Shown piece by piece: positions 40,261 through 50,805 of a stretch of 64,000 bases of DNA. The translations under genes and the position numbers were made by a program. A model generated the notes under the pieces. The model did not search any database. It had not been told where the DNA came from and worked only from the letters and a program-made list of their open reading frames with translations. How positions within the stretch are numbered: position 1 is the stretch's first letter; each line of letters starts with the position of its first letter. The stretch covers positions 224,001 through 288,000 of the forward strand of contig CM000431.1 in assembly GCA_000165345.1 (NCBI GenBank), read 5' to 3'.

Positions 40261-40660
40261 TTTGATTTTAGTTGTGGAATATCCTCGAAAAATAGTAAAA
40301 TGATATTTAGTCTTATAATAACCAAGTATTTTATTATTTAAAATTATATTCGGATTTTTGAAAGTAGCGAAAATTATTCCTTATTTATTAATATAAAATG
40401 ACCGAGATTTTCCTCGCAATTATACTTTTAATTAGTAGTACAGAATTAAACTTTGTATCAAAATAATATTTCTTTGGGATCCAGCTTCTTAAAGTTGCTT
40501 GATCAAATGATATTGTACTTAATTCCTAGAAATACATCATGCAATTACTTCTAGAGTCAAGAATCCATTTATTCAGGTAAAACTCGATATAGGTAATAAA
40601 TTTTGACTTTATTACTATTGTTTTTTTGATTTCATTTATTAATAATATATTACGTGTTTA

Positions 40661-40669
40661 GGCGCCAAT
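40661..40669. promoter_or_regulatory. GGCGCCAAT in the RRP40/40787 divergent promoter
   Basis: Lies between the starts at 40260 (minus) and 40787 (plus). Confidence 0.4.
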
Positions 40670-40786
40670 GTTGGTTATTTAGGGAAAAAGATGATCCTGG
40701 GGAAAAGTGACAAGAAAAAAAGGAAATTTGTAGATTTGCAAGAACTAGATAAGGAGCTCAATTTGGGCTAAAACAAAGAGGAGAAT

Positions 40787-42397
40787 ATGGTGGAGGTGGC
40801 TCGGAGAAAGGTTTTGGGAGGAAGAGGAAGTATGGGAATAGTGAATAGTTTACGTCGTAAGCTAATACACCTGGTAAATTGGGAATTAGGCACATCTGGG
40901 GATGAGGGCTCTATATTGAATCTTCTCAAGTTACTTTTAAACAGTGTGGGGTCTGAGCATTTTAGAAGCATGACAGCTATTGAGATTATACAGTGTCTGG
41001 ACAATGTAATGAAAGTAGTTTTAAACAAGAGAACAAGAAGTAGTTGGTTACTACTACTTAATAATATAGGTAAAAGTAATGTTATATTTAGAGATTATAT
41101 ATTATATTGCACTTTAGAAATACTAAAAGATAATGATAAAAGTGAGATATTGCAGAATCTGGATGCAAAATGCATTTACTGGAAATTGGGGAATAACTTC
41201 CTTTATACTCTATATAGTTTAATACTAAAAGATGATACGGAAAATGATGATATTAAAAGATGTATGGAAAATTGTTTAAGTGAAGGGATTTCTCCTCCAA
41301 GAGAGTTACTTGATCTTTATTTGAGAAGAAACTCTTGCCGAGACTTATCATTATTAAAAGGATTTAGATTAACATCAAATTTGTTAGGCCATTTAACGTA
41401 CAATCTGTCAAAGATAGAAAGTCTGAATGATTTGGAAATTCAGGACTATATTGAAATCCTTTTAAACCACCAGAAGAGTTTGGAAAGAAAGATGAGCTCG
41501 GAGGCTATTAGAAATCCATTTAGCAATGTATTTAGCCAAGCTTTAATAAATATAATTGAAAAGGGAGAAAATCCCGAGATTACTGACGGATTCTTTCATC
41601 ATTTAAGTTTGGTGTATTTGGTTAATAGTATTGATTCTTCTCCTTGGAATCTCAGACTTTGGAAGGAGCTTTTGAGTTATTTAAAAAAAGTACTCGCTTT
41701 CCTTTCTTTAACTTGTATTCTGGATAACTCCTTTAATACTGAAGGTGGAATATTGAGAAACCTAACAATAAGCTCAATTTCACACAAAGACTTTTTTCAA
41801 GAGCTGATCTCATTTTTTAGATTTGATTTCAATATTGAATCAAATGGTAATCCTGATTTAGTGCAACTTCACAAAGTAGAGACTTTAATCAAGTCCATTC
41901 TTGCTATAAGGAAAACGTTGACAAATTTAGATTTCTACTGGAGATATTTTAACTTTAAAGATTCTAAGAATATTCAATCAGAAATGCAAATAGTTAGATT
42001 TCAGGTCTATTCACTATTGGTCTTGATAAATCATTCCAATTTATACCTGAACGACCATTTAAGAAAGACAAGCAATTCACTAAATTCAATAGTTTATAAT
42101 AATAGCTCTGAATCAAGCTTGGATATGAGTTTTGTCCTAAAACTATCAGAATATAATGATCTTGAAAATTATTCTACTTCTATTACTCTGAAAAAAATCA
42201 ATTTATCTCTTTTAATTCTACCAGTTTCTCTTTTGAGCCTATTGGAAAGTGAAGAGGACGCCAAATCAGCTTTTGAAGCCATTCAAAATAGCAATGCGTT
42301 TGGGTGCATACAAAATGAAAGCTTCTCAAGTCTCTTTGACATTTGGAACGAATTGGAAAAAAAATATCTGAACAAGAATGGAGAATCAGAACAATGA
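40787..42397 (+). CDS. Hypothetical Leu-rich, probably helical-repeat protein
   Basis: 536-aa single ORF with no recognisable motif. A 26-codon ORF at 40691-40771 lies upstream in the same frame, separated by one TAA (see findings). Confidence 0.6.
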   Translation: MVEVARRKVLGGRGSMGIVNSLRRKLIHLVNWELGTSGDEGSILNLLKLLLNSVGSEHFRSMTAIEIIQCLDNVMKVVLNKRTRSSWLLLLNNIGKSNVIFRDYILYCTLEILKDNDKSEILQNLDAKCIYWKLGNNFLYTLYSLILKDDTENDDIKRCMENCLSEGISPPRELLDLYLRRNSCRDLSLLKGFRLTSNLLGHLTYNLSKIESLNDLEIQDYIEILLNHQKSLERKMSSEAIRNPFSNVFSQALINIIEKGENPEITDGFFHHLSLVYLVNSIDSSPWNLRLWKELLSYLKKVLAFLSLTCILDNSFNTEGGILRNLTISSISHKDFFQELISFFRFDFNIESNGNPDLVQLHKVETLIKSILAIRKTLTNLDFYWRYFNFKDSKNIQSEMQIVRFQVYSLLVLINHSNLYLNDHLRKTSNSLNSIVYNNSSESSLDMSFVLKLSEYNDLENYSTSITLKKINLSLLILPVSLLSLLESEEDAKSAFEAIQNSNAFGCIQNESFSSLFDIWNELEKKYLNKNGESEQ

Positions 42398-42553
42398 CAA
42401 AAAATGACAGACAATAAACCAAATAAATTATTAAGACCCACAATTGGCAAAAAATAATATATTATCAATAAATCGATAAAAGCAAAGCTTTTTCAAAAAT
42501 TAATATTTTAATATATTAACATTAAATATATTAAAATAAGCAAAATCATAAAT

Positions 42554-42559
42554 GGCGCC
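42554..42559. promoter_or_regulatory. GGCGCC about 165 nt upstream of POP4
   Basis: The sequence is aaatGGCGCCataac. Confidence 0.35.
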
Positions 42560-42721
42560 ATAACGGGCACAAATAGGTTAAATATAACAAGTATTGTAGG
42601 TCAAGTCCTCGAATTATAGTTAACTGAAAAATATTCTGAAAATAACAAAATCTGACTTAAACAAAACAAAGTGGAATTTGACATGAGCTGTATAGAAGAT
42701 TGATTAATCCATTCATTTACG

Positions 42722-43534
42722 ATGAAGAAATCTGACTTTGAAAATGAAAGAGGTCATTCAATTTATGATATTTTTACTGATCAAGAAAAAGTAACATATT
42801 TTGGAAATGGTAACTTAAATTCTAAGACCATTTGTAGCTCTTTGAAAGATGCTGGTCTTGACTTGAAGGTTATGAGGGATGTAGAAAATTTTTTGGGGAA
42901 TTCAGGTGGAATTGACGAGTTAAAACAGTCTGGACATAGTAGCTCAAATCCAAAGCTAACAGGTATTACAACAAGTGTGATTCGAATGGATAAGGTAAAG
43001 GAGGAGAAGAAGTCTCAGGATGGCCAAGATCTGAAAAAGTTAAACCATAAAGTTTTTAAGAATGAAGGCTTTTTTGACATTGCAAGGGAAATCAAGCTTA
43101 GAAAATTAAGTTATTCTCATTTTATTCCTCTTCATCAACTTTGGAAGCAATATATCAAAGGGTTAACAGAGTCAAATTCAGTTAATAGTGGGACAAATGG
43201 AGCTATAAGAACAAGAGGAGGGATCAAACTTTCTCAATTATCCCAAAACCTTTCTCAGGCTGATTTACATGGTAGCATGATCAGCGTGATTTCGAGTAGA
43301 AACATAAGTTGTGTGAATGTCCAAGGAATCGTTGTTAAGGAAACTAAAGAAACTTTTGTTATTATTTCTGCTGATAATAAAGTGAGAACAATTCTGAAAA
43401 GCCAGAGCATTTTTGGAATTGTAATTTCTAATAACTACTTAGTAACTATTTATGGAAGCCAGCTTTGTTACCACCCTTGTGAAAGAATCAAGCACAAGTT
43501 CAGACATAGAGACTCTTTGAACATTACTCCCTGA
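42722..43534 (+). CDS. POP4: RNase P/MRP protein subunit POP4 (Rpp29)
   Basis: 270-aa ORF. The C-terminal Rpp29 barrel LHGSMISVISSRNISCVNVQGIVVKETKETFVIISADNKVRTILKSQSIFGIVISNNYLVTIYGSQL matches the POP4 pattern (L.GA...V..S......G..GI...ETK..F.I......K.IPK....F) from memory. Confidence 0.8.
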   Translation: MKKSDFENERGHSIYDIFTDQEKVTYFGNGNLNSKTICSSLKDAGLDLKVMRDVENFLGNSGGIDELKQSGHSSSNPKLTGITTSVIRMDKVKEEKKSQDGQDLKKLNHKVFKNEGFFDIAREIKLRKLSYSHFIPLHQLWKQYIKGLTESNSVNSGTNGAIRTRGGIKLSQLSQNLSQADLHGSMISVISSRNISCVNVQGIVVKETKETFVIISADNKVRTILKSQSIFGIVISNNYLVTIYGSQLCYHPCERIKHKFRHRDSLNITP

Positions 43535-43694
43535 TCATTTTATTTATTCTTTGATTTAAAACCCCCTGATAATTAATTAGGCATACACCTTGTATTATTG
43601 CTTTTTGCATGGTTCCAATTTCATTATTTAAAAATTATGTACTTAATATCGTTTTCCATTTTTTCTTTCTTTTTTTCTATTTTAACATTTAACA

Positions 43695-46655
43695 TCACTT
43701 TCGGATTATCCTTGGTTTCATTAATTCAGCCATATTTACTTTTATTCCACTACTAATTAATGACTTAAATCCCAAATTCGGCTCCTTTCTTACCTGGACC
43801 GGAGCGTGTGGTCTATTTTGATTATTTGTTAGTTTGCCGCCAAACAAATTATTGGATGCCGGCCCCCTTGTCATTTTTTCGCATGCACGCTTATTTGCAT
43901 GTTGATTAAAATTATTGTTTGTGGATGATGAATTATTGGAGTTTGAGAATGGAACAGAGCATGTATTCAATCTAGGTCTGAAACTTACGTTACTTTGACT
44001 TTTTTCATATATGTTATAGCCTTTATTTCCCTCTAAATTATTATTATTGTTATTTGTGGCCAATTTGATAGTTTTAGAATTGATTACTCTGCATTGAGAA
44101 AGCCTTGCTAAAATTTCATCATCTTTATCAATTATTTCTTTATTAAATTCGCTTCCCGCCAAATTTGCATTTTTTTGTGTGGGATTTGCATACGAAAGAG
44201 TTTTGCCCTTAATTTTCAAATCATTTTGAGGTTTCTTTAAAATATTAGACGAGGATGTTTTCTTGGGAATATCATTTGAGTTGGGAATATTAATCGTTGG
44301 AATTTTAACTTTTTGGTGATTTTTGGTTGAGTTACTTAACTCCTCGTTTTTCGTTTTTGAAACTAGGACTGTTCTAGAAATTGAGCTAGTGGCTGCCATT
44401 TTATTTTCAATATGAATAGGATTTAAAGGGAATAATTGAGTTTTTGAGTCCTTTGGGCTAGATAATCGGGAATTTTTAATAAGATTTTGTTCTTGAGTTT
44501 TAATCTCTTCAGCTTCTAATTGAAGTAAATCTTGTTTTGGAGGCTTATCTTCTTGATTATGCTCATCCTTGATTAAATCATTGTTGTATTCATCTACAAA
44601 CTTGTCAGGAATATCCAAAATATCTTCACAGTGTTTGTTAGCAACTCCATCCATAACCTCATTCTCCTTGGTTTCAATGAAGTCAGAATTAACTTCGGAA
44701 ACAGCTATAGAATCTACTGCAGATTCAGGATCAGACTCAGAAAATGCGTCCGAGTTATAGGATGAATCCTTGAATTGACTATTTAAGGAGCTCATAGCGT
44801 TTTCATAATTTCTCTCCCATCTATGAGTATTTAGTCTTGATTCGCATACGCCAAGAAGTCCCTCTCTAGCAAAGTAATCGTTAATTGCTTGAATATATCT
44901 TTGTACATGCTCCTCCCCTTGTTCGAGTTCTCCTTCTACATCTGCCAATCTTTCAGATGAGCTTTCAAAACTTCTATCCTCTACATTTTTGTAAATAATA
45001 TGGGGATTGCTGTCATAAATATCCTTGACTATTCCCAAAGCACTGCATTCAGAGACACTCTTGTCGTCTTCTAATTGGTTTTCTTCCATCTTTCCCTTAA
45101 TGCCGTCCAGACCTCGTGTTTCACTATTTAAGTTAGAGTTCAAATTCCATTTTTCACTTAAAAATGCTTCCTTAAATGATATATTCATTTGTTCCATCTT
45201 ATTTATCTTTTCCAAGAGTAAATTAAACCTTTGAATCTTTTCACTTAATTCTTCCAGGCTTTCTCTACTATTTTTGGGGCTTCCAACCTCACTTTTGATA
45301 TCTTGTACTTTTTCTTTTTTTGTTTGTATATTTTCCTCGGTTTCTTCTTTTTTATTTGTTTCTTGAAAATGATCTTTGTTATCTTTTTCTTCTTGTTCGT
45401 TTTTCTCATCTTCTAAGACCTCCACTAGTTTGGAAGTATGGTTGGATTGTGAGAAAGGTCCATTATTTACAATATAAAAACAATTATCTCCGAAACCTAA
45501 CAAATTTGGTTCAACTTGACTTTCGTAGGGGGAATAATCTCCAAAACTAAGTGATCTCACAAAATTCTCATAATAGTAAGAGTTACCATCAATTACGCAA
45601 TTGTCAATGTTCTGTTCCATGAGATTCAAAATATCTGTCCCAACATTATTCTTATACTTAATAACCAAAATTGAATCTTCTTCAATCTCAATTTCTCCTT
45701 GATTACCATTCAGAGAAACTTCTTCAAGCTCTGATTCACTTTCTAGAATCTGTTCATCTTGAATTTCACAATTATAGCATTCCTTCAAATCTACTTCTAT
45801 ACTGCGATTATTAATAGGCTCATAACCAAAGTCATTAAATTTTTGATCAAAACTACTCTCAGAGTATTTCTCTTCTTCGAAATTCCTTGTCTCATAGACA
45901 TTCACCTCAATTTCTTCACTCGTATCAGAATTCATGTTAATCTTTTTTTCACTTAAAAGCTCATCCCTAACAGTCTCAAGTTCAATATCTTTATCCCCTT
46001 TCTTGATCTCAACCTCAACTTCCATTTCCTGATATCTAGAGCTCTTGTTCTTACTGAGATCTACATGTGATACATCTCTTACTGTTACAGTATTATCACG
46101 CTTTGGTATAATTAAAATCTCATATGGTTCTAAGACTTCAAGTTCTCGTTGATCATTTGAATAACAAATCTCGGAATACATATTTTCAGCTTTTCCAAAT
46201 GTTTGAGGATCCGGTAATGTTGTTACTGGTCCATTCATAATTGTTGGCTGGTTTTGAATATGAGAGTTTCGCTGTATATTAAATCGATTCTGATTTAATT
46301 GTTGCTGCAACTGATATTGGTATTGAAGTTGTAAACTATATTCATATTGCTGTTGAGTAAACAGAAGTTGTTGTTGCTGTTGCTGAAGTTGGACTTGCTG
46401 ATATTTAATTACCTGTTCCAAGTAATTTTGATGATTTACAAATCCAACTCCATTGTTATAACCTACTGTTCCACTCATTTCGTTTCTGGGTACTAGTTGA
46501 CCTCTATTTCCACCTCCACTGTATGAGTATAATTGATCATTATTAAATGAATATCTCATTGTGAGTTGATTACGAAGTACATTCTGAGGCTTTATATTAT
46601 TATTATTATTATTATTCTTATTATTATTATTGTTAATATTATTAAGCTTAAACAT
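43695..46655 (-). CDS. Large low-complexity protein (poly-Asn N-terminus, Gln-rich block, acidic Glu/Ser/Lys-rich body)
   Basis: 986-aa single ORF containing NNINNNNNKNNNNNNNIK near the N-terminus and QQVQLQQQQQQLLFTQQQYEYSLQLQYQYQLQQQL. No catalytic or fold motif recognised. Confidence 0.65.
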   Translation of the reverse strand: MFKLNNINNNNNKNNNNNNNIKPQNVLRNQLTMRYSFNNDQLYSYSGGGNRGQLVPRNEMSGTVGYNNGVGFVNHQNYLEQVIKYQQVQLQQQQQQLLFTQQQYEYSLQLQYQYQLQQQLNQNRFNIQRNSHIQNQPTIMNGPVTTLPDPQTFGKAENMYSEICYSNDQRELEVLEPYEILIIPKRDNTVTVRDVSHVDLSKNKSSRYQEMEVEVEIKKGDKDIELETVRDELLSEKKINMNSDTSEEIEVNVYETRNFEEEKYSESSFDQKFNDFGYEPINNRSIEVDLKECYNCEIQDEQILESESELEEVSLNGNQGEIEIEEDSILVIKYKNNVGTDILNLMEQNIDNCVIDGNSYYYENFVRSLSFGDYSPYESQVEPNLLGFGDNCFYIVNNGPFSQSNHTSKLVEVLEDEKNEQEEKDNKDHFQETNKKEETEENIQTKKEKVQDIKSEVGSPKNSRESLEELSEKIQRFNLLLEKINKMEQMNISFKEAFLSEKWNLNSNLNSETRGLDGIKGKMEENQLEDDKSVSECSALGIVKDIYDSNPHIIYKNVEDRSFESSSERLADVEGELEQGEEHVQRYIQAINDYFAREGLLGVCESRLNTHRWERNYENAMSSLNSQFKDSSYNSDAFSESDPESAVDSIAVSEVNSDFIETKENEVMDGVANKHCEDILDIPDKFVDEYNNDLIKDEHNQEDKPPKQDLLQLEAEEIKTQEQNLIKNSRLSSPKDSKTQLFPLNPIHIENKMAATSSISRTVLVSKTKNEELSNSTKNHQKVKIPTINIPNSNDIPKKTSSSNILKKPQNDLKIKGKTLSYANPTQKNANLAGSEFNKEIIDKDDEILARLSQCRVINSKTIKLATNNNNNNLEGNKGYNIYEKSQSNVSFRPRLNTCSVPFSNSNNSSSTNNNFNQHANKRACEKMTRGPASNNLFGGKLTNNQNRPHAPVQVRKEPNLGFKSLISSGIKVNMAELMKPRIIRK

Positions 46656-46857
46656 AACCTAGCTTCAACCTCCACAATCTTTTCTACCTGTTTTTTTATC
46701 AAATGTCTATTCTTAAAATAACTTTGCTTTCCATACAACCTTTCAATTCTCTATGAATATCTTTGCGTTTTCAATTTTTTCCTCTTTAAATTTATATGAT
46801 CTCTAATCTTTTTTTTTCACATTTTTTATTAGTAACGGTACTTACAAATTGCATGAA

Positions 46858-46876
46858 GGCGCCACTTTTGGGCGCC
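46858..46876. promoter_or_regulatory. Paired GGCGCC sites (GGCGCCACTTTTGGGCGCCAAT) upstream of the 986-aa gene
   Basis: GGCGCC occurs at 46858 and 46871, about 200 nt upstream of the ATG at 46655 (minus strand). GCATGC follows at 46934. Confidence 0.45.
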
Positions 46877-47494
46877 AATATTTTGCTTTTATGTCATTTT
46901 AAAATAGACCAGACAATATACATTAGGAATGCCGCATGCAAAAGTAATTATTTATAAATAGTAATTGACAGAAAAAAAAAATTGCAAGGAAAAAAGGAAC
47001 ATAGACTTTGCTCAATTTATTCTAGATAATTTTTAAAAAGATCTATGATAAAGAATGATGAATTTCATCCATTTTAAAATGCAAAGAAAGTTGAATAATG
47101 ATATATACAATTAACATGCTAATAATAAAGGCAAGTTTCTCTTGGGATTTTCCGAGGGAAAAAGGGACTTTTATATGCATACATGCAAATTCGTCATTTT
47201 TTTTTTATTTTTAATTAAACAAAATGTGTGCAGAGATAAAACTGATTAAAAAAAATAAAAAAAAAGAAAACACAAAAAATTAAACAAGCTTAAAAGAAAT
47301 TCGATAGCATTTTTTGACTTTTCCTTCCTTTTGAACCTATAACGATCATGTTCTATTAAATCTCAAGTTTAATATTTAACTAACCCATTAGATAATAGGA
47401 TCCTATATTCCCTCACTGTTTTTTTTTAACTTTAAAGACTTTACTAATACACAATATTTAGATAGAACTTGTGCATTGCTCAAACTCCTTTTAT

Positions 47495-47923
47495 TTAGCA
47501 ACAACAACAGAGCTTGCAAATACAGAGACAGTGAATAATTCCTGCAATAATAATAATTGCAACAACTACAATAGCAATGATAATACCAGCCTTCGCTCCA
47601 CTACTTAAAGAATCCCATGTATTCTTTGCTTGTTCTTGAGCATGATCGGCTAACTCTTTATAAAGATTATTCATATTATCTTGAACAATATCGCCAATTG
47701 AATTGCTTGAACCTTGATTGGTTCCCGAATTACTACTGCTACCAGCCTCTTGAAGTGCTCTATCATTTTTCTCCTGAATACAGTTTTCATTACAAGAGCT
47801 CTGATCTTTTGAATCAGCTAATTCAAGAGCAGTAGATCTAAATGGATGATAAGCATCTTGAGAATTAACTTGATAGTAACTGATAAAAAGCACCAACAAA
47901 GATAAGAAAAAACTTCGCTTCAT
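47495..47923 (-). CDS. Small type-I membrane protein with a Cys-cluster tail
   Basis: 142-aa ORF with a signal-peptide-like N-terminus (MKRSFFLSLLVLFISYYQVNS) and a Ser/Asn/Gln-rich ectodomain. A C-terminal TM segment (AGIIIAIVVVAIIIIAGII) runs into HCLCICKLCCCC. Confidence 0.6.
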   Translation of the reverse strand: MKRSFFLSLLVLFISYYQVNSQDAYHPFRSTALELADSKDQSSCNENCIQEKNDRALQEAGSSSNSGTNQGSSNSIGDIVQDNMNNLYKELADHAQEQAKNTWDSLSSGAKAGIIIAIVVVAIIIIAGIIHCLCICKLCCCC

Positions 47924-48054
47924 TTTCTTAGTAGAATATGTAACTTAAATATCTTAACTAATGAATTTTCTTAGTTTTAGTGATAGACTTTTTTTTTTGT
48001 GGACCTTTATACATTTTTTGTACGTATTCACACTTATTAAGTTAAAGTCTAAAA

Positions 48055-48093
48055 GGCGCCAACAGTTTGACAATTTTTTTAAATGTGCATGCA
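48055..48093. promoter_or_regulatory. GGCGCC plus TGCATGCA upstream of the 142-aa membrane-protein gene
   Basis: GGCGCC is at 48055-48060 and TGCATGCA at 48086-48093, 130-170 nt upstream of the ATG at 47923 (minus strand). Confidence 0.4.
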
Positions 48094-49297
48094 GATTAAT
48101 TTTGGCAATATTCCTCAAGTATATTATTTATACAAGCTAAACTAACTGTGAGATATGTAATTCAATTTGTTAATTCTTTACTTGGATAAAATACTTTCCT
48201 TTAAGTTAATTTAAAAATAACTAAAATATACAGGTTTACCTATATTTCTATTAACAATGAATGTTAATATACGTAATTAAGTTTCTCCCCACACATTAAT
48301 CATTATTAAATAAATTTCATGCACCTCCAAAAATTAATTTTTATCATTAATTCACTAATTCAACATAACAAGAATATTTTTCTAGTCTTTATTTCATAAT
48401 AGCACAGTTTGGCTTCCAATAGAATGCGAATCTTCTTGATGGAAAGAGTTGAGGTTGACGGGTTGTTTTTCTTTCTTTTGAACCTATACTAAAATTTAAA
48501 ATATGCACTAAATATTACATGCTAGGCGCCAATAATCAACAAATTGATGACTTTGTTGCATGTTTTTTTTTAATTAAAAAAACACACCTTTGGCTCTTTT
48601 TGTTAAAGTATATTGATCTTTAACTCTCCCTACTTTTGTTTCCCCATATATTTTTCTCCATAATTGACTCATTTGTATAACCAAATTCTTTTTTTCATTT
48701 AAATAAACATTTATTATATATATTCTGTTTACATGTGAGTTAATTAAATATAATCTGGGTGCTTCTAAACAAGAATTCAAAAAAAAAGCGTTGCTAAGAC
48801 ATGAATATGAAAAGAAAATCAAGTCCAAAGAATTTGAATAAAATGGATGTAAATTTAAGTATTTCTTTAATATGATCTTTATTGTGGGAGTAGTTTAATG
48901 AACATCAAGTTAGAGTATTTGTAGTGGGGTTGATATTACTAAATCATTTATAATAAAAAACTCAGGATAATTCAAAGTTAAGACACAAAGTTTTCAAATC
49001 ATTTAATTTTGCTAATTGCAGCTAGTAATTCAGATTTTGAAATAAAAATAAAGTTTGTAAATAATTACTATTAAACCCATTTTTATAGTCGAGGCATGCT
49101 AATTTCTCTAATTTTATTTAAGAACCTTAAGTATTTGAATATTTGATTGTTCTCTTTCTTGAGAGATATTTGTAATTGTTCTAGTTCTATATTTTAGGTG
49201 AGTTTTTTTATAATAAGTAAATTCGATCAATTTTTTTATTCAAAAAAAAAGGATGAAACAAGGACAAGTATTTTCTATAAGGTCAAAATATATTGCT

Positions 49298-49328
49298 GGC
49301 GCCTATTAATGCATGCAACATGCATGCA
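49298..49328. promoter_or_regulatory. GGCGCC + GCATGC + TGCATGCA cluster inside the long ORF-free interval
   Basis: The sequence is ctGGCGCCtattaatGCATGCaacaTGCATGCAtt. Confidence 0.35.
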
Positions 49329-49932
49329 TTGCCGGTATATAATATCAATATCTACTATATTAAAGTATAAGTAGGCAAATTTCCCTAGATTTATTGTCTA
49401 TATAACTACAATTTATATAATAAGGGACGATTTTACTAGGATAAAAAGTAAACAAAAAAGATATTAGATATATTTAAATTAGTAAATTGACGATTGGAGT
49501 TATCAGTATAAGTGGGAAAAGCTGTCTCAGTATGATACCCGTTAGTAGCCTTAAAATTAGTGGGTTCAAGTAGGTTTCTCCTATTTAATAAACTTATAAA
49601 AAATATTTATCTGGAAAATTCAGATATTTGAATGAAGGCATGCTTTAGGAATTTGCATCAAGCTTATAGTAAAGAAAGAGTAATTGTTAAATATTAGAAA
49701 AAAAATGATTACGACAAAAAAGAAATTCCAATGAATAACACAATTAGTTGTGATAATTATTGCTTATTAGAATTTTTAAAGATTCATCTATGTTGAAAAA
49801 ACAAAAATTTCCCCCCAAAAATTCCTTGTTATTAAATTTATTTCAATACGTAATATAAAACTTGACATTCAATAATTTATTTATTAATATATATTTTGCA
49901 AAATTTATTATTTTATTTATTAAAGATGGTTT

Positions 49933-49938
49933 GGCGCC
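49933..49938. promoter_or_regulatory. TTTGGCGCC about 270 nt upstream of RPL35
   Basis: The sequence is ggtTTGGCGCCctgag. Confidence 0.4.
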
Positions 49939-50209
49939 CTGAGACAGAAATGAGTCTAATACCGGTATAGGTCTTAAAAAAATAATAATAATGTTAATAA
50001 TAAATAGTAAAGACGAATATTGAATAATAAAACGAATATTAACAATTAATTTAAATTAATTACCAATATTTTAAATTGCGCTTAGACCAGGAATTTAGCA
50101 AAATTAATTAGAAACTAATTTAAAGGGTGAAAATTCTTTAGTTGGTTTAATTTCTCTAAGGCTTATTTAAAGGGAACATCCACTATAAGGTTATTAAAAC
50201 AAATAAAAA

Positions 50210-50590
50210 ATGAACAAAAACTCAGGATTACAGATTAAGCAGTTGATTTCACTCTCTGAGGAAGAACTTACCGTTAAGATTGACGAACTCAAGAAGGAAT
50301 TAGCAAGCTTGAGAGTTATTCAATCTACTGGTACTGCTCCAAACAAGCTTTCTAGAATTAATGTTGTCAGAAAGGGAATTGCTCGTATCTTGACAATCTT
50401 GTCTCAAAGGAACATTAAGAGCTTAAGAGAGAAACACGCAGGTTCTAAATTTATGCCTTTAGACTTACGTAAGAAGTTGACTAGAGCTAAGAGAAGAGCT
50501 TTAACTCCACAACAAGCTAAGAAGATGACCGTTAAGGCCAGCAAGAAGGCTTTGAATTTCCCAAAGAGAAAGTTTGCCATCATTGCATGA
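50210..50590 (+). CDS. RPL35: 60S ribosomal protein L35 (uL29)
   Basis: 126-aa basic ORF. The stretch EELTVKIDELKKELASLRVIQSTGTAPNKLSRINVVRKGIARILTILSQ matches the uL29 core (L..LK.EL..LRV....G....KLS.I..VRK.IAR.LTV) from memory. Confidence 0.9.
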   Translation: MNKNSGLQIKQLISLSEEELTVKIDELKKELASLRVIQSTGTAPNKLSRINVVRKGIARILTILSQRNIKSLREKHAGSKFMPLDLRKKLTRAKRRALTPQQAKKMTVKASKKALNFPKRKFAIIA

Positions 50591-50805
50591 GCAGCTTAAC
50601 GTTGGTGGTTTATAGGAGTTAGAAAAAAAATAGTATGGGCTTAATATTAGTACAATTGGCGTGCATACACCTTGTTTTAGTATTATATGCCTGTTTAGCA
50701 TCTTTAGTACTAGGAAAGTAAGCTACTATAAAAGAATTAAAGTCATAAAGCGTCTACCTTATCCTAATTACTATGAATCTTCTTAATACCTCAAATGATC
50801 AAGGA

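Noticed and set aside
47328-48488. An exact 14-mer, cttttgaacctata, at 47328 and 48475, flanking the small membrane-protein gene
   Set aside because: My rough estimate for this base composition predicts dozens of chance 14-mer pairs in 64 kb. The flanks match only loosely.
48574-48828. An 84-aa ORF inside the 2.3-kb gap
   Set aside because: It is AT-rich with Phe/Leu/Asn/Tyr composition, has no motif, and has no splice-compatible partners.
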